Below, piece after piece: positions 42,833 through 53,033 of a stretch of DNA of 64,000 bases. Location of the stretch: the NCBI GenBank assembly GCA_013286385.1, contig JABDFU010000004.1:3025-67024 (forward strand). Reading direction: 5' to 3'. Position 1 is the first letter of the stretch. Each line of letters opens with the position of its first letter. Position numbers and translations under genes: made by a program. Source of the DNA: Bacteroidota bacterium (GTDB lineage Bacteria; Bacteroidota; Bacteroidia; JABDFU01). A model generated the notes under the pieces. It did no database searches and was not told the origin of the DNA. It saw only the letters and a list, made by a program, of their open reading frames with translations.

Positions 42833-43567
42833 TCAGTTCCTTGAAATGTCCAGGCGGACACCCGCGATAACACTAAAACTTATGATATTGTGTACGATTT
42901 TAGAATAATCGTAATCCGAACTGTTTTTAAAATACTGGTATTCAACCAATGGATTCAGAAACACATAAAGATGCTGGGTTAATTTATAGTCGGCTATCAG
43001 CCCTGCTCCCGTGTAAAAAGTGCTTGGCAAATCGCTGCCACCGAAAAAACCCTCATGGGCTGTACCACCCGAGTAGCCGTAAAATCCAATATTGCCCTTA
43101 AAATTAAGTGAGTAGAGTTTTTGCTGATCCACAATCAACGGAGCCTCGAAGTGAGCGTACATTTTTTCAAATCCAAAGGTCTGGTCAAAAATTATCTTAC
43201 TTCCGTTTGATCCGTAGGAATTTCCGATAAGGGTCAGCTCATCCAGATAATTGTTTTCGAAACTTATTCCCAATCCCACACGAAATTTAGAAATCGGTGC
43301 CCCCACTTCAAAATTCACACAATTACTGGCATTGCTTGCCCTAAATCGTCCATTTTCAGATGGGATCAGGTTACCATCCCGGTCGTATAAACTGGAACTT
43401 CCGCTGTTTGAAAACCATTGAGAAGCACCGAGTCCATAACCCGCACTGATAAAATATTTTTTGCCCCTTGAGGAGTTGCTGTTTGAATAATAATCTTCAG
43501 TCTGTGCTGAAAGCCCGGCTATACCTATAAAAAACAATACAGTTGAACAGGTAGGTATCTTTTTCAA
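42833..43567 (-). CDS. Outer-membrane beta-barrel protein within the bio operon
   Basis: Signal peptide, alternating aromatic/Gly strands, terminal strand FSVIAGVRL; overlaps the bioB stop. Confidence 0.7.
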   Translation of the reverse strand: MKKIPTCSTVLFFIGIAGLSAQTEDYYSNSNSSRGKKYFISAGYGLGASQWFSNSGSSSLYDRDGNLIPSENGRFRASNASNCVNFEVGAPISKFRVGLGISFENNYLDELTLIGNSYGSNGSKIIFDQTFGFEKMYAHFEAPLIVDQQKLYSLNFKGNIGFYGYSGGTAHEGFFGGSDLPSTFYTGAGLIADYKLTQHLYVFLNPLVEYQYFKNSSDYDYSKIVHNIISFSVIAGVRLDISRN

Positions 43568-44556
43568 TCCAATACGGTTTCGTTTACTAGAGTATTTTGT
43601 ACAGTATTCTGTTTGGGTTTAAGTCCAAGGCTATCAAAAAGTCTCCTGTCCTGTTTGAAATCAGGATTCGCGGTCGTCAGCAGCTTGTCTCCTGCAAAAA
43701 TCGAATTGGCACCGGCTAAAAAACAAAAGGCCTGTCCTTCATCCGACATGGCTGTTCGTCCTGCAGAAAGCCTGACCACTGTTTTTGGCATCACAATGCG
43801 CGTAGTCGCAATCATCCGTATCATATCCCAGATTGGCAACAAAGGTTGTTTCTCCAGAGGCGTTCCCGCTACAGGTACCAGTGCGTTTATTGGCACCGAT
43901 TCGGGCTGAGGGTCGAGACGCGACAAAGTCAGCAGAAGCTTCACTCTGTCCTCAGCCGATTCACCCATGCCGATGATGCCGCCCGAACAAACCGTGACAC
44001 CCGCTTTACGCGCGTTTGCAATTGTAGTAAGCCGGTCGTCGTAGGTTCGGGTAGTAATAATGCTTTTGTAATTTTCTTCAGACGTATCCAGGTTGTGGTT
44101 GTAAGCATATAAGCCCGCATCGGCAAGCCGCTGAGCCTGTGATTCGGTAAGCATTCCAAGCGTGCAGCAAACTTCCATATTCAATCCGTTCACGGCCTTC
44201 ACCATTTCCAGAACGCGGTCAAAATCGCTGTTGTCACGAACCTCCCGCCAGGCAGCCCCCATACACAAACGCGAAGCCCCACCTGCCTTTGCTTTTTCAG
44301 CAGCAGAAAGAACCTGTTCGATGGGCATCAGTTTGTGAACATCCACACCCGTATTGTAGCGCGCGGCCTGGGGACAGTAAGAACAGTCCTCCGAACAGCC
44401 GCCTGTTTTAATTGAAATTAACGAGCTGACCTGAACTTCAGAAGAATTGTTGTATTTGCGATGAATTCCGGCAGCTCTATAAACCAATTCAAGCAAAGGG
44501 CTGTTATAAGTGTCCAGAATTTCAGTAAGGGTCCAGTCTGATCTGATATCTTTCAT
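43564..44556 (-). CDS. bioB: Biotin synthase
   Basis: CSEDCSYC radical-SAM motif, [19 protein letters not shown]. Confidence 0.97.
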   Translation of the reverse strand: MKDIRSDWTLTEILDTYNSPLLELVYRAAGIHRKYNNSSEVQVSSLISIKTGGCSEDCSYCPQAARYNTGVDVHKLMPIEQVLSAAEKAKAGGASRLCMGAAWREVRDNSDFDRVLEMVKAVNGLNMEVCCTLGMLTESQAQRLADAGLYAYNHNLDTSEENYKSIITTRTYDDRLTTIANARKAGVTVCSGGIIGMGESAEDRVKLLLTLSRLDPQPESVPINALVPVAGTPLEKQPLLPIWDMIRMIATTRIVMPKTVVRLSAGRTAMSDEGQAFCFLAGANSIFAGDKLLTTANPDFKQDRRLFDSLGLKPKQNTVQNTLVNETVLD

Positions 44557-44582
44557 AGATAACGGGAATTAAGCGTTACAAA

Positions 44583-44611
44583 CAAATTTAATCTTTTAAT
44601 TCAATAAATTT
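44583..44611. promoter_or_regulatory. Back-to-back -7 promoter elements for bioB and trmD
   Basis: TAAATTTG on the minus strand (44590-44583) and plus strand (44604-44611) within a 60-bp intergenic region. Confidence 0.55.
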
Positions 44612-44616
44612 GCAGG

Positions 44617-45291
44617 ATGCGGATAGATATTATTACCATTCATGCCGAACTTATCAAAAGTCCGTTTGAGCATTCTATTATAAAAAGAGCCCTTTCCAAG
44701 GGCCTTGCAGAGGTTAATTTTATAAACCTGCGCGATTTTTCAGATACGAAGCACAAATCTGTCGACGATTACCAGTTTGGAGGAGGTGCCGGCATGGTGA
44801 TGATGATTGAACCGCTGTCAAAATGCATTGAAAGCTTAAAAGCCGAGCGTAATTACGATGAAATTATTTACCTGAGCCCGGACGGAGGTCGTTTTGACCA
44901 GAAAACAGCTAATTTTCTGTCTACCTGCTCCAACCTGATGCTGGTATGTGGTCATTACAAAGGGATAGACGAACGGGTCAGGGAACTTTACATTACCAGA
45001 GAAATTTCGATAGGTGATTATGTGATATCCGGGGGAGAATTGGCGGCCGCCATTGTGGCGGATGCCGTAATTCGGCTGATTCCAGGGGTGCTTTCTGATG
45101 AAACTTCTGCCCTGTCAGATTCCTTTCAGGACGGCTTGCTTGCCCCGCCGGTCTATACCCGGCCTGCTGACTTTAAAGGGCTTCAGGTTCCGCAAATTTT
45201 GCTTTCAGGGGATCCCCGGAAGATTGAACAATGGAGAATGGAACAGGCACTTGAGCGCACCCGCAAAAGGAGACCTGACCTGCTAATGTGA
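44617..45291 (+). CDS. trmD: tRNA (guanine37-N1)-methyltransferase
   Basis: [39 protein letters not shown]. Confidence 0.97.
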   Translation: MRIDIITIHAELIKSPFEHSIIKRALSKGLAEVNFINLRDFSDTKHKSVDDYQFGGGAGMVMMIEPLSKCIESLKAERNYDEIIYLSPDGGRFDQKTANFLSTCSNLMLVCGHYKGIDERVRELYITREISIGDYVISGGELAAAIVADAVIRLIPGVLSDETSALSDSFQDGLLAPPVYTRPADFKGLQVPQILLSGDPRKIEQWRMEQALERTRKRRPDLLM

Positions 45292-45347
45292 TTTTAGGAA
45301 AAAAACCATTACATTTGGTCTTTAATTGATTCTGCTAATTTAATTCT

Positions 45348-45905
45348 ATGAGTGACGACACAGAGTTTATCGAGCACGCCTATAGTTTAATGTCTGATCA
45401 ACAGATACTTCTGGCGTATCTGGGTGATGTAACTCCTGAATTGATTAATGCCATCCTGAAAGGCGTAAAAAACGATTCCATAGCGTTTCAGGAGGAAGAA
45501 CTGCTCACCAAAAAGAAGGTTTACAATATTATCGTTGAGTCGCTTGAAAACATCAACCGCCATTCGGATGTAGAGGAAAAGCAGCAGCACCTTTCCCTCT
45601 TTATTCTGGGAAAGGCCGGGAAGCATTATTACGTTATTTCCGGAAATTACATCTACAACAATCAGATTGATAAGCTTAAAAAAATGATTGACGAGGTAAA
45701 TGCGCTTGACAAAGACGACATCAAGAAAATCTACCGCAATATTCTGGCTGAGGGAAAACTCTCGGTAAAAGGAGGAGCCGGGCTGGGTATTATTGATATG
45801 GCCATTAAGTCAGGAAACAAACTCGATTACGAGTTCATTCCGACCGGAAACGACATTTCATTTTACATTTTAAAAACCCAGATCAGCGCAGAATTAGCAG
45901 TTTAA
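45348..45905 (+). CDS. SiaB-family protein kinase
   Basis: IVESLENINRH, SGN, GGAGLGIIDMAIKSG GHKL-like motifs. Confidence 0.8.
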   Translation: MSDDTEFIEHAYSLMSDQQILLAYLGDVTPELINAILKGVKNDSIAFQEEELLTKKKVYNIIVESLENINRHSDVEEKQQHLSLFILGKAGKHYYVISGNYIYNNQIDKLKKMIDEVNALDKDDIKKIYRNILAEGKLSVKGGAGLGIIDMAIKSGNKLDYEFIPTGNDISFYILKTQISAELAV

Positions 45906-45927
45906 CACACATTGTAAAGAGATTTAT

Positions 45928-46332
45928 ATGGACGCATTAATCATTGAACAAACAGAGTTTTCGCCAAAAGTAGTATTGGACCCTGTAAACAATAAATTTG
46001 AAATTTCGGGAGAGTCCAGGCCTGAAAACGCAAGCAAATTTTACGAACCCATTGTTAAGTGGCTTGAACAGTATCAGGCCGTCCTCTTTTACCAGAAAGG
46101 ACAAAGCGGAAAAGCCAACAAAGTAGTTTTCGATATTTCCCTTGATTATTTCAACTCTACCTCAGCCAAGCATTTACTCGATATCCTGAAACAATTAGAC
46201 AATTATTACAATGAGGGCCACGAGGCGCTGATTCGCTGGTTCTATTACGAACAGGACGAAGACATGCGCGATTCGGGAGAGGAATTCAGCAAACTAATAA
46301 ACGTACCTATCGAATTCATCGTTAGGGAATAA
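45928..46332 (+). CDS. SiaC-family (DUF1987) phosphoprotein
   Basis: SGESRPEN..KFYEP, YFNSTSAK, W.Y...DEDM...GEEF. Confidence 0.85.
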   Translation: MDALIIEQTEFSPKVVLDPVNNKFEISGESRPENASKFYEPIVKWLEQYQAVLFYQKGQSGKANKVVFDISLDYFNSTSAKHLLDILKQLDNYYNEGHEALIRWFYYEQDEDMRDSGEEFSKLINVPIEFIVRE

Positions 46333-46342
46333 TTTTACCTGT

Positions 46343-47290
46343 ATGAAAAAAATTTTAGCGAACGATGGGATCGATGCCCAGGGAAAAAGCCTGCTCGAAA
46401 AAGCAGGCTTTACTGTAATAACCGAAAAAATTGCACAGGAAGACCTGGCCCAGGCCATTAATAAAAATAACTACGATGGTCTTACTGTAAGAAGTGCAAC
46501 CAAAGTACGTAAAGACATCATTGATGCCTGCCCTAACCTCAAACTGATCGGACGCGGGGGCGTAGGGATGGACAATATTGATGTCGAATACGCCAAAACC
46601 AAAGGCCTTCAAGTGGTGAATACACCTGCCGCCTCCTCCCTGGCTGTCGCAGAATTGGTTTTTGCCCACCTTTTTAATGCGGTTCGCTTTTTGTATGACA
46701 GCAACCGCCAGATGCCGCTGACAGGAAGCACCCAGTTCGATGCCCTTAAGAAAAAGTACGCCAAAGGAACGGAGTTAAAAGGCAAGACCATGGGTATTAT
46801 TGGGTTCGGCAGGATCGGTCAGGCCGTGGCTAAAATCGCGCTTGGCACAGGAATGAAAGTCATTGCCACGGACCCCTTTATACGTGAGGCGAACCTTGAA
46901 ATCGAAATTGCAGGTGCGAATCCGGTCAAGGTCGTTATAAAAACCATTCCAATGGAAGAAGTGCTCAGGAGTGCCGATTTCGTCACCCTGCATGTTCCCT
47001 CCGGAAAAGTGATCACGTCAAAAGAATTTTCGATAATGAAAAAAGGAGTTATCGTGGTGAATGCTTCCCGGGGAGGAGTAATTGATGAGAACGACCTGAT
47101 CGCAGCTCTCAATCAGGGTATAGTCTCCCATGCCTGTCTCGATGTTTTTGAAAACGAACCTACACCAAGTCCGGCTATTTTAACTCATCCTAAAATTTCC
47201 CTTACACCCCATATCGGAGCAGCGACTGAAGAAGCCCAGGAACGTATTGGCATTGAGCTTGCGGAATTGATTATCTCCAGGCTTAAATAA
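46343..47290 (+). CDS. serA: D-3-phosphoglycerate dehydrogenase
   Basis: VRSATKV, GVGMDNID, GFGRIG, NASRG, TPHIGA; adjacent to DUF1015. Confidence 0.85.
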   Translation: MKKILANDGIDAQGKSLLEKAGFTVITEKIAQEDLAQAINKNNYDGLTVRSATKVRKDIIDACPNLKLIGRGGVGMDNIDVEYAKTKGLQVVNTPAASSLAVAELVFAHLFNAVRFLYDSNRQMPLTGSTQFDALKKKYAKGTELKGKTMGIIGFGRIGQAVAKIALGTGMKVIATDPFIREANLEIEIAGANPVKVVIKTIPMEEVLRSADFVTLHVPSGKVITSKEFSIMKKGVIVVNASRGGVIDENDLIAALNQGIVSHACLDVFENEPTPSPAILTHPKISLTPHIGAATEEAQERIGIELAELIISRLK

Positions 47291-47303
47291 TCCGAAGCTG
47301 CTG

Positions 47304-48548
47304 ATGGCGAATATCATCCCCTTTAAGGGAATACGACCGGCCGGCGACAAAGTTCAGTTTGTCGCTTCCAGATCAGTCGACGGGTATACCAGAAACGAAT
47401 TACAGGATAAACTCCGCAGCAACCCCTATTCCTTTCTGCACATTATCAATCCCGATTTTCAGGATGGTATACATACGCAGCCCGGCAGTGTAGAGCGCCT
47501 GAAAAAAATAAAACTCCGTTACCGGCAGTTCAGGGAGAATGGAAACCTGAAACAAGACCAGCAGCTTTCGTACTATGTTTACCGCCAGCAAAAAAATTCT
47601 ACCACCTTTACCGGAATAATCGGATGCAGCAGTATTGACGACTATTTCAGCGGGGTAATCAAAATCCACGAGCAAACCCTAACTGAACGGGAAGAAAAAC
47701 TGAAGGACTACCTGGATATTTGCCAGTTCAACGCTGAACCGGTTCTGTTCAGCTACCCCAATGACAGTGAGATTGACCGGATAACGCAGCGTATCTGCCT
47801 GGAAACTCCGGCCAACGACTTCAGCACAACCGACCAGGTCAGACACCAACTCTGGATGGTGAGTGATCCCGGATACGTTACACTGATCAGGGAACGCTTC
47901 AGACAGATTCAGTCGGTATACATCGCCGACGGACACCATCGATCTGCATCTTCTGCCTTGCTGGGCAAGTCAAGAAGAGCTGAAAATCCCGGATACAAAG
48001 GCGATGAACCTTATAATTATTACCTGGGTATCTTTTTTCCCGAAACCCAGCTTAAAATTTATGATTTCAACCGGGTTGTACACGACTTAAACAAGCTCAG
48101 TACAGCTGAGTTTCTTCAACGGATTTCTGAGAAGTTCGAAATGGAAGAAAAAGGATCAACCGTTTATGCACCGGTTCGGAAACACAACTTCAGTATGTAT
48201 CTGAATTCAAACTGGTATTCGCTGACCGCAAAACCACGGATCATACACGATATTGAACCTGTGGGATCACTCGATGCTTTTATCCTGACCGAACATATCC
48301 TCTCCCCCATTCTTGGCATACACGACTTAAAAACAGACAGCCGGATAAAATTCATTCCAGGTGTAAAAGGAATGCAGGCCCTGCAAACCAAAGTGGACAG
48401 CAGAGATGCCGTAGCCTTCGGACTTTATCCCGTAGCTATGGAACAACTCAAACGCATCGCCGATACGCATTCGATTATGCCGCCCAAAACTACATGGGTG
48501 GAACCGAAGCTGAGAAGCGGGTTGGTAATTTATAGTTTGAGTGATTAG
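47304..48548 (+). CDS. DUF1015 family protein
   Basis: IKIHEQT, YIADGHHRS, MPPKTTWVEPKL. Confidence 0.9.
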   Translation: MANIIPFKGIRPAGDKVQFVASRSVDGYTRNELQDKLRSNPYSFLHIINPDFQDGIHTQPGSVERLKKIKLRYRQFRENGNLKQDQQLSYYVYRQQKNSTTFTGIIGCSSIDDYFSGVIKIHEQTLTEREEKLKDYLDICQFNAEPVLFSYPNDSEIDRITQRICLETPANDFSTTDQVRHQLWMVSDPGYVTLIRERFRQIQSVYIADGHHRSASSALLGKSRRAENPGYKGDEPYNYYLGIFFPETQLKIYDFNRVVHDLNKLSTAEFLQRISEKFEMEEKGSTVYAPVRKHNFSMYLNSNWYSLTAKPRIIHDIEPVGSLDAFILTEHILSPILGIHDLKTDSRIKFIPGVKGMQALQTKVDSRDAVAFGLYPVAMEQLKRIADTHSIMPPKTTWVEPKLRSGLVIYSLSD

Positions 48549-48563
48549 CCAATAGGGATTAAA

Positions 48564-49217
48564 TTGAATATTGCAGAAAATATATTAAAGTTCAAACAAG
48601 AGCTGCCAGAGTCAGTTCTGTTGCTGGCTGTTTCGAAGACGCATTCTGCAGATCTGGTAATGCAGGCCTATAAAGCCGGCCAAAGGGATTTCGGAGAAAA
48701 CAAGGTTCAGGAATTGATTTCAAAGCAGGTCCAGCTTCCTGCCGATATCCGCTGGCACCTGATCGGGCATCTTCAGTCCAACAAAGTCAAATACATCGCT
48801 CCCTTTATCAGCCTTATTCATTCCGTAGACAGCCTTGGCCTGTTGGAAGAAATAAACAAACAGGCGCTTAAAAACAACCGTATCATTGATTGCCTTCTTC
48901 AGATTTATATCGCCGGTGAAGAAACCAAATACGGATTAAGTTTTGAGGAAGCCAGGCAAATTCTGATTTCGGATGCCTTCAGGAATCTCAACAATATCAG
49001 GATAACCGGATTGATGGGAATGGCCTCCAATACTGAAGATCAAAACCTTATCCGGTCTGAATTCAGGGGCTTGCATGATTTTTTTATTCAGCTTTCCCAT
49101 GTAAATTTTAAACCCGAAATCCTCAGCATGGGTATGAGTTCCGATTATAAAATTGCCATAGAGGAAGGCAGTACACTTATTCGGGCCGGCAGCCTTATTT
49201 TCGGCAGCAGAATTTAA
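48564..49217 (+). CDS. yggS: PLP homeostasis protein YggS
   Basis: AVSKT, FGENKVQE, WHLIGHLQSNK, SMGMSSDY. Confidence 0.93.
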   Translation: MNIAENILKFKQELPESVLLLAVSKTHSADLVMQAYKAGQRDFGENKVQELISKQVQLPADIRWHLIGHLQSNKVKYIAPFISLIHSVDSLGLLEEINKQALKNNRIIDCLLQIYIAGEETKYGLSFEEARQILISDAFRNLNNIRITGLMGMASNTEDQNLIRSEFRGLHDFFIQLSHVNFKPEILSMGMSSDYKIAIEEGSTLIRAGSLIFGSRI

Positions 49218-49278
49218 GTGTATAGATTAAAACAGATCTGAAAGATTTCTATTTTTGTCTTCTCAAATTTCGCTTTTC

Positions 49279-49779
49279 ATGAACAAGAATTCTGAAAACA
49301 ACAAAAACTATTTCGACCCCAAGGAGTACAATTCGCTGATTGTTGGAGCCGAAGAAAAAAAGGCAAGCGCCAAAAACAAAGCCAGCCTTATTGCTCTTCT
49401 TACCGACTCCCACAACAGGGACGTGCGGGAAGACGTATTAAAGCTGATCAAGAAAGAGCCCAGATCCCTTGAATTTCTGATTGACGCCATCGAAGACAAG
49501 AAACTAAAAAAATACCGGATTGAGCTCATTTCAGCCTGCTGGGAATCGGGTATCGACTGCAGAAACAAGCTCCTTTATTTCGTTCAGCTGGCCACCAGCT
49601 CGGATTACCTCTGCTGTATAGAAGCTTTCAGCGTCGTTGATGGAATGGACATGCCACTCGATCAGAAAGAACTGCAGAAATCAATTGAGCACCTCAATAC
49701 CTACCTCAGCAGTTCCTCAGACGAAAAAACCACGTTGTTAAAGGAACTGGGGCTTCTTCTGGAATCTTACAAGGAATAA
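49279..49779 (+). CDS. Hypothetical alpha-helical (HEAT-like) protein
   Basis: Long ORF in operon orientation; LISACWESG motif. Confidence 0.7.
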   Translation: MNKNSENNKNYFDPKEYNSLIVGAEEKKASAKNKASLIALLTDSHNRDVREDVLKLIKKEPRSLEFLIDAIEDKKLKKYRIELISACWESGIDCRNKLLYFVQLATSSDYLCCIEAFSVVDGMDMPLDQKELQKSIEHLNTYLSSSSDEKTTLLKELGLLLESYKE

Positions 49780-49881
49780 TTGATTTTTTTGCCCAAAAAG
49801 TCCGGTCCCCCTACCCAGGAATATTAAGTAAATTTTGGCTATTCACTTAAAAAGTATATTTTTGCACTCCTCAAGACCAAA

Positions 49882-49955
49882 GGACTGGTAGTTCAGCTGG
49901 TTAGAATACGTGCCTGTCACGCACGGGGTCGCGGGTTCGAGTCCCGTCCAGTCCG
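49882..49955 (+). tRNA. tRNA-Asp(GTC)
   Basis: Full cloverleaf: GGACTGG/CCAGTCC acceptor stem, CGTGC-CTGTCAC-GCACG anticodon arm, GGTTCGAGTCC T arm; promoter TATTTTTG at 49857. Confidence 0.97.
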
Positions 49956-50238
49956 CTGATGAATCAAATGAACCTCGCCAACGGCGAGGTTTTTTGTTTT
50001 CCGGAAAGTCTGAAAGCTTGCTTTCAGAGACTTGGAGGAAAATAAAAAACAGCCTGAAAGGCTTCACTTGATTGTGACTCCGGGACGCCGAGGGTCCATG
50101 AGCCGACAAAGGAGGCGAATAATTCCGTCCAATCCACGAATGAGTAAAACGAGTCCCGCCCACTTGGGCGGGATTTTTTATTTCCAGAAAAGCCTAAGAG
50201 CTTGCTCTTAAAGGCTTGTAAGGAAATAAAACAGCCTG
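49939..50238 (+). repeat. Diverged tandem repeat (about 182-bp period): tRNA 3'-end mimic, terminator, long hairpin
   Basis: The second unit begins at about 50121 and repeats the same order of hairpins with compensatory changes. Confidence 0.75.
49971..49996 (+). terminator. Intrinsic terminator after tRNA-Asp
   Basis: AACCTCGCC-AAC-GGCGAGGTT followed by a T-run. Confidence 0.8.
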
Positions 50239-50299
50239 CTAAATTTTGGGGGCTAAAGGGAAGGATATAGAGCGCTAAAATGACCTTAAGGCCATAGAA

Positions 50300-50563
50300 G
50301 TGCCCCTATTTGACGAATTTCACAAGCACTTGATTGAAAAAGGACTTACGAGCAGAGAAGCGGACCGTTACAAAAATGATAGCCGAAGCTTCATTGGCTT
50401 TTGTTCCATAAAACTCAACATCAGTAGCCTGGCAGACATATCGCGACCGATGCTTTCGAAGCATTTGGATAAAATGCAAAGGGCAAGCGGGAACAGTGAA
50501 AACCTGAACGAAGAAAAATACAGGAAAAATTGTAAGAATTTCAGATGTACTTATTATCCTTAG
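50300..50563 (+). pseudogene. Possible tyrosine-integrase N-terminal (SAM-like) remnant
   Basis: FDEFHKHL..KG.T......Y......F..F......L.DI....L..HL pattern; located just downstream of a tRNA; no catalytic domain. Confidence 0.4.
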
Positions 50564-51173
50564 CTTCTTTAATTGCATCTTCGCGGGAGTGGACATTTAA
50601 TTTGCTGTATATATTTTTAATATGGGATTTGACCGTTTCCAGATCAATAAACATATCTTTTGCAATCTTATTTCTGCTTTTCCCTTTAGCAACCTGCTCC
50701 AGTATTTCTGTTTCTCTGCGTGTCAAAGGGGAATCCTGATTTTTATGAAATGACTTAATTACAATTTTTGCTATATTCATACTCATTGGCGCACCTCCGT
50801 CTGAAACTTCCTGGATAGCTTCAATAATTTTTTCCGTTGAGCAGTTTTTGGTAAGGTAACCCGAAGCTCCGTTTTTCAGAGCACTGAAAACCAAATCTTC
50901 ATTGTCAAATACGGTGAGCATGATAATGTTACAGGAGGGTAAAGTAGATTTAATTTTGGATATAGAGTCAATTCCCTTTATGCCTGGGAGCTCAATATCA
51001 AGTAAAACTACATGAGGTTGGTCAATGGGTAGACTTTTGAGTGCATCTTCCACATTTGAATAGGAACTGACTACCGTATAATTTACTACTGCATTTATAA
51101 GGTACGAAAACCCTTCTCTGATTGTCTTATCATCTTCAATGATAACAACGCGAATTTGTTTTTCTTTTATCAT
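50541..51173 (-). CDS. NarL/LuxR-family response regulator
   Basis: EDD, LLDIELP, GASGYLTK receiver; LTRRETEIL...TVKSHIKNIYSKL HTH. Confidence 0.93.
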   Translation of the reverse strand: MIKEKQIRVVIIEDDKTIREGFSYLINAVVNYTVVSSYSNVEDALKSLPIDQPHVVLLDIELPGIKGIDSISKIKSTLPSCNIIMLTVFDNEDLVFSALKNGASGYLTKNCSTEKIIEAIQEVSDGGAPMSMNIAKIVIKSFHKNQDSPLTRRETEILEQVAKGKSRNKIAKDMFIDLETVKSHIKNIYSKLNVHSREDAIKEAKDNKYI

Positions 51174-51718
51174 TCCTTTGTTTTGATTGAATTGTTTGGC
51201 AAATCAATTTTTATTTCTGTTCCTTCTCCCGGAACGGAACTGATATTAATTACCCCGTTCATACGAATTACCCGGTTTCGGATATTTTTTAATCCGTTCC
51301 CAGGGTATGAATCTGTTGTTTTAAAACTCTTTCCATTATCTCTAATAAAAAGAGTAATATTCCCAGAATCTGATATACTTATCTTCACGCTGACCTTGGC
51401 AGCATTCGAATGTTTAAGTATATTATTGTAAATTTCCTTGAAAACCATTATCAGGTTTCTGGTAATATCCAGTTTTAACTTTGAGCTTTGTGGATTTACA
51501 TTGTGTTCATATTCAAAATCCATTGAAGTGTATTGAAAAAGTTCTGTTCCAATATCTTTGAGATGCTCTATTGTTTCATAAACATCATCACTCTGATTAT
51601 TCAGAGACCATAGAATATCCCTTGTTCCATTATATAGATTCAAGATGTTTTCCTTTATTTGTTGCAAAATTTTGGCAGATTCAGGGTCTGCTTCTTTTAG
51701 TTTAAGTATATCAGTTAA
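51170..51718 (-). pseudogene. Sensor histidine kinase, C-terminal fragment
   Basis: RDILWSLN, KEIYNNILKHS, DNGKSF, GNGLKN, GEGT boxes; phospho-His box and sensor domain absent. Confidence 0.8.
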
Positions 51719-52592
51719 TCTGACACCCGAACAGGTATTTGAAATGGGAAAAAGCGAAATGAAGAGGATGCAGGGAGAAATAAGAACCATTGAAATGAAA
51801 TTGGGATATAGTAATGATGAAGTTTTTTATAACTATTTACTAAGCGATACGTTTTATTTGAAGAACAAAGAACAGGTTTTAACCCGGTACGCCGAAATAG
51901 ATAAAATCGTTAGAAAAAACATTGGCAAACTATTTCCTAAATATACCATACCTGAAATTGGTGTGATGGAGTGGCCTAATTCTAATGTAAACACACCACC
52001 AGGCATGTATCTGGACAAAAAAAGCAATGCTTACGGAAAGGATATTTTTGAGTTTAACTTTTACGGACAAAAACATAACAAACGAGCAATGGAATGGCTC
52101 TATATGCACGAGGCTATTCCTGGCCATCATTTACAGTTTGAGGCAAGAAAAAACAGCCAGGATAGCTCTTCACTTAAAAATAATATTTTTTATTTTGGTA
52201 ATGCGGAAGGCTGGGCTTGTTATGTAGAGGACTTTGGGAAAGAAATTGGACTTTATAAAAATGACTATTCTTATCTTGGTAAGTGGCAGTGGGATTTGGT
52301 CAGATCAGCACGTCTTGTAATGGAGGTAGGCATACATTATTATGGATGGAGTAGAGAAAGAGCCTTACAATACTGGAAAGACAATATTAAAGGACAGGAT
52401 GAAATTGCAGGCCGGGAAATAACACGCATAACTAACTGGCCAGGACAAGCATTGTGCTACAAAGTAGGAGCTCTTTCTATCAAGAAAATTGTTAATCAAA
52501 GATTAAAACGTGGCGATTCAATAATTGATGCGCACCGCTTTCTCTTAGATCATAGTGATTTTCCTTTACAGATTTTACTGGATAAGAGATAA
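51714..52592 (+). pseudogene. DUF885 protein, C-terminal fragment
   Basis: LTPEQVFEMG, HEAIPGHH, EGWACYVE, PGQALCYKVG motifs; no signal peptide or N-terminal half. Confidence 0.8.
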
Positions 52593-53033
52593 TCTAAAAA
52601 ATGAATTTCGATCTTAAATTGACCCGACAAAAATGGTAAAAGGCTGTGATCAAATACAACCTATGTCGTTGAAGGTAAACGAATATAGCCAGTACGACAG
52701 AGTGATCGCTCACCTCCTATGTACTAAAAGGGATAGGTGCGAAAAAAAAAGATTAACTTACCTTCTGGTTTCTGACGCGGACTTTTTTTCAAGGGTTTCC
52801 TTCACCGACAACTTTTCAATATATTACTCCAAAATTTCCTGCTCGGCTTCGCTTAGTTCTGCCCCCAGAACGCCACCAGATTTTCTTATGCGTTTTTTCA
52901 AATGCCGAATAATGCATCGGTACTTTTTTCTCTCCTAACATTTTGATAAAATACGGCTCGGCGCAGGTACAGTACTTTGGAAGAAGGGGAATTTCAATAA
53001 GGTCTTTTTAATTTTGCTTTATCTTCCACCGAA

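Noticed and set aside
49843-50163. 106-aa minus-strand ORF
   Set aside because: Antisense to tRNA-Asp and the hairpin repeat.
52600-53030. 101-aa ORF and a stop-interrupted minus-strand frame
   Set aside because: No recognisable motif; probably decayed DNA that I cannot assign.
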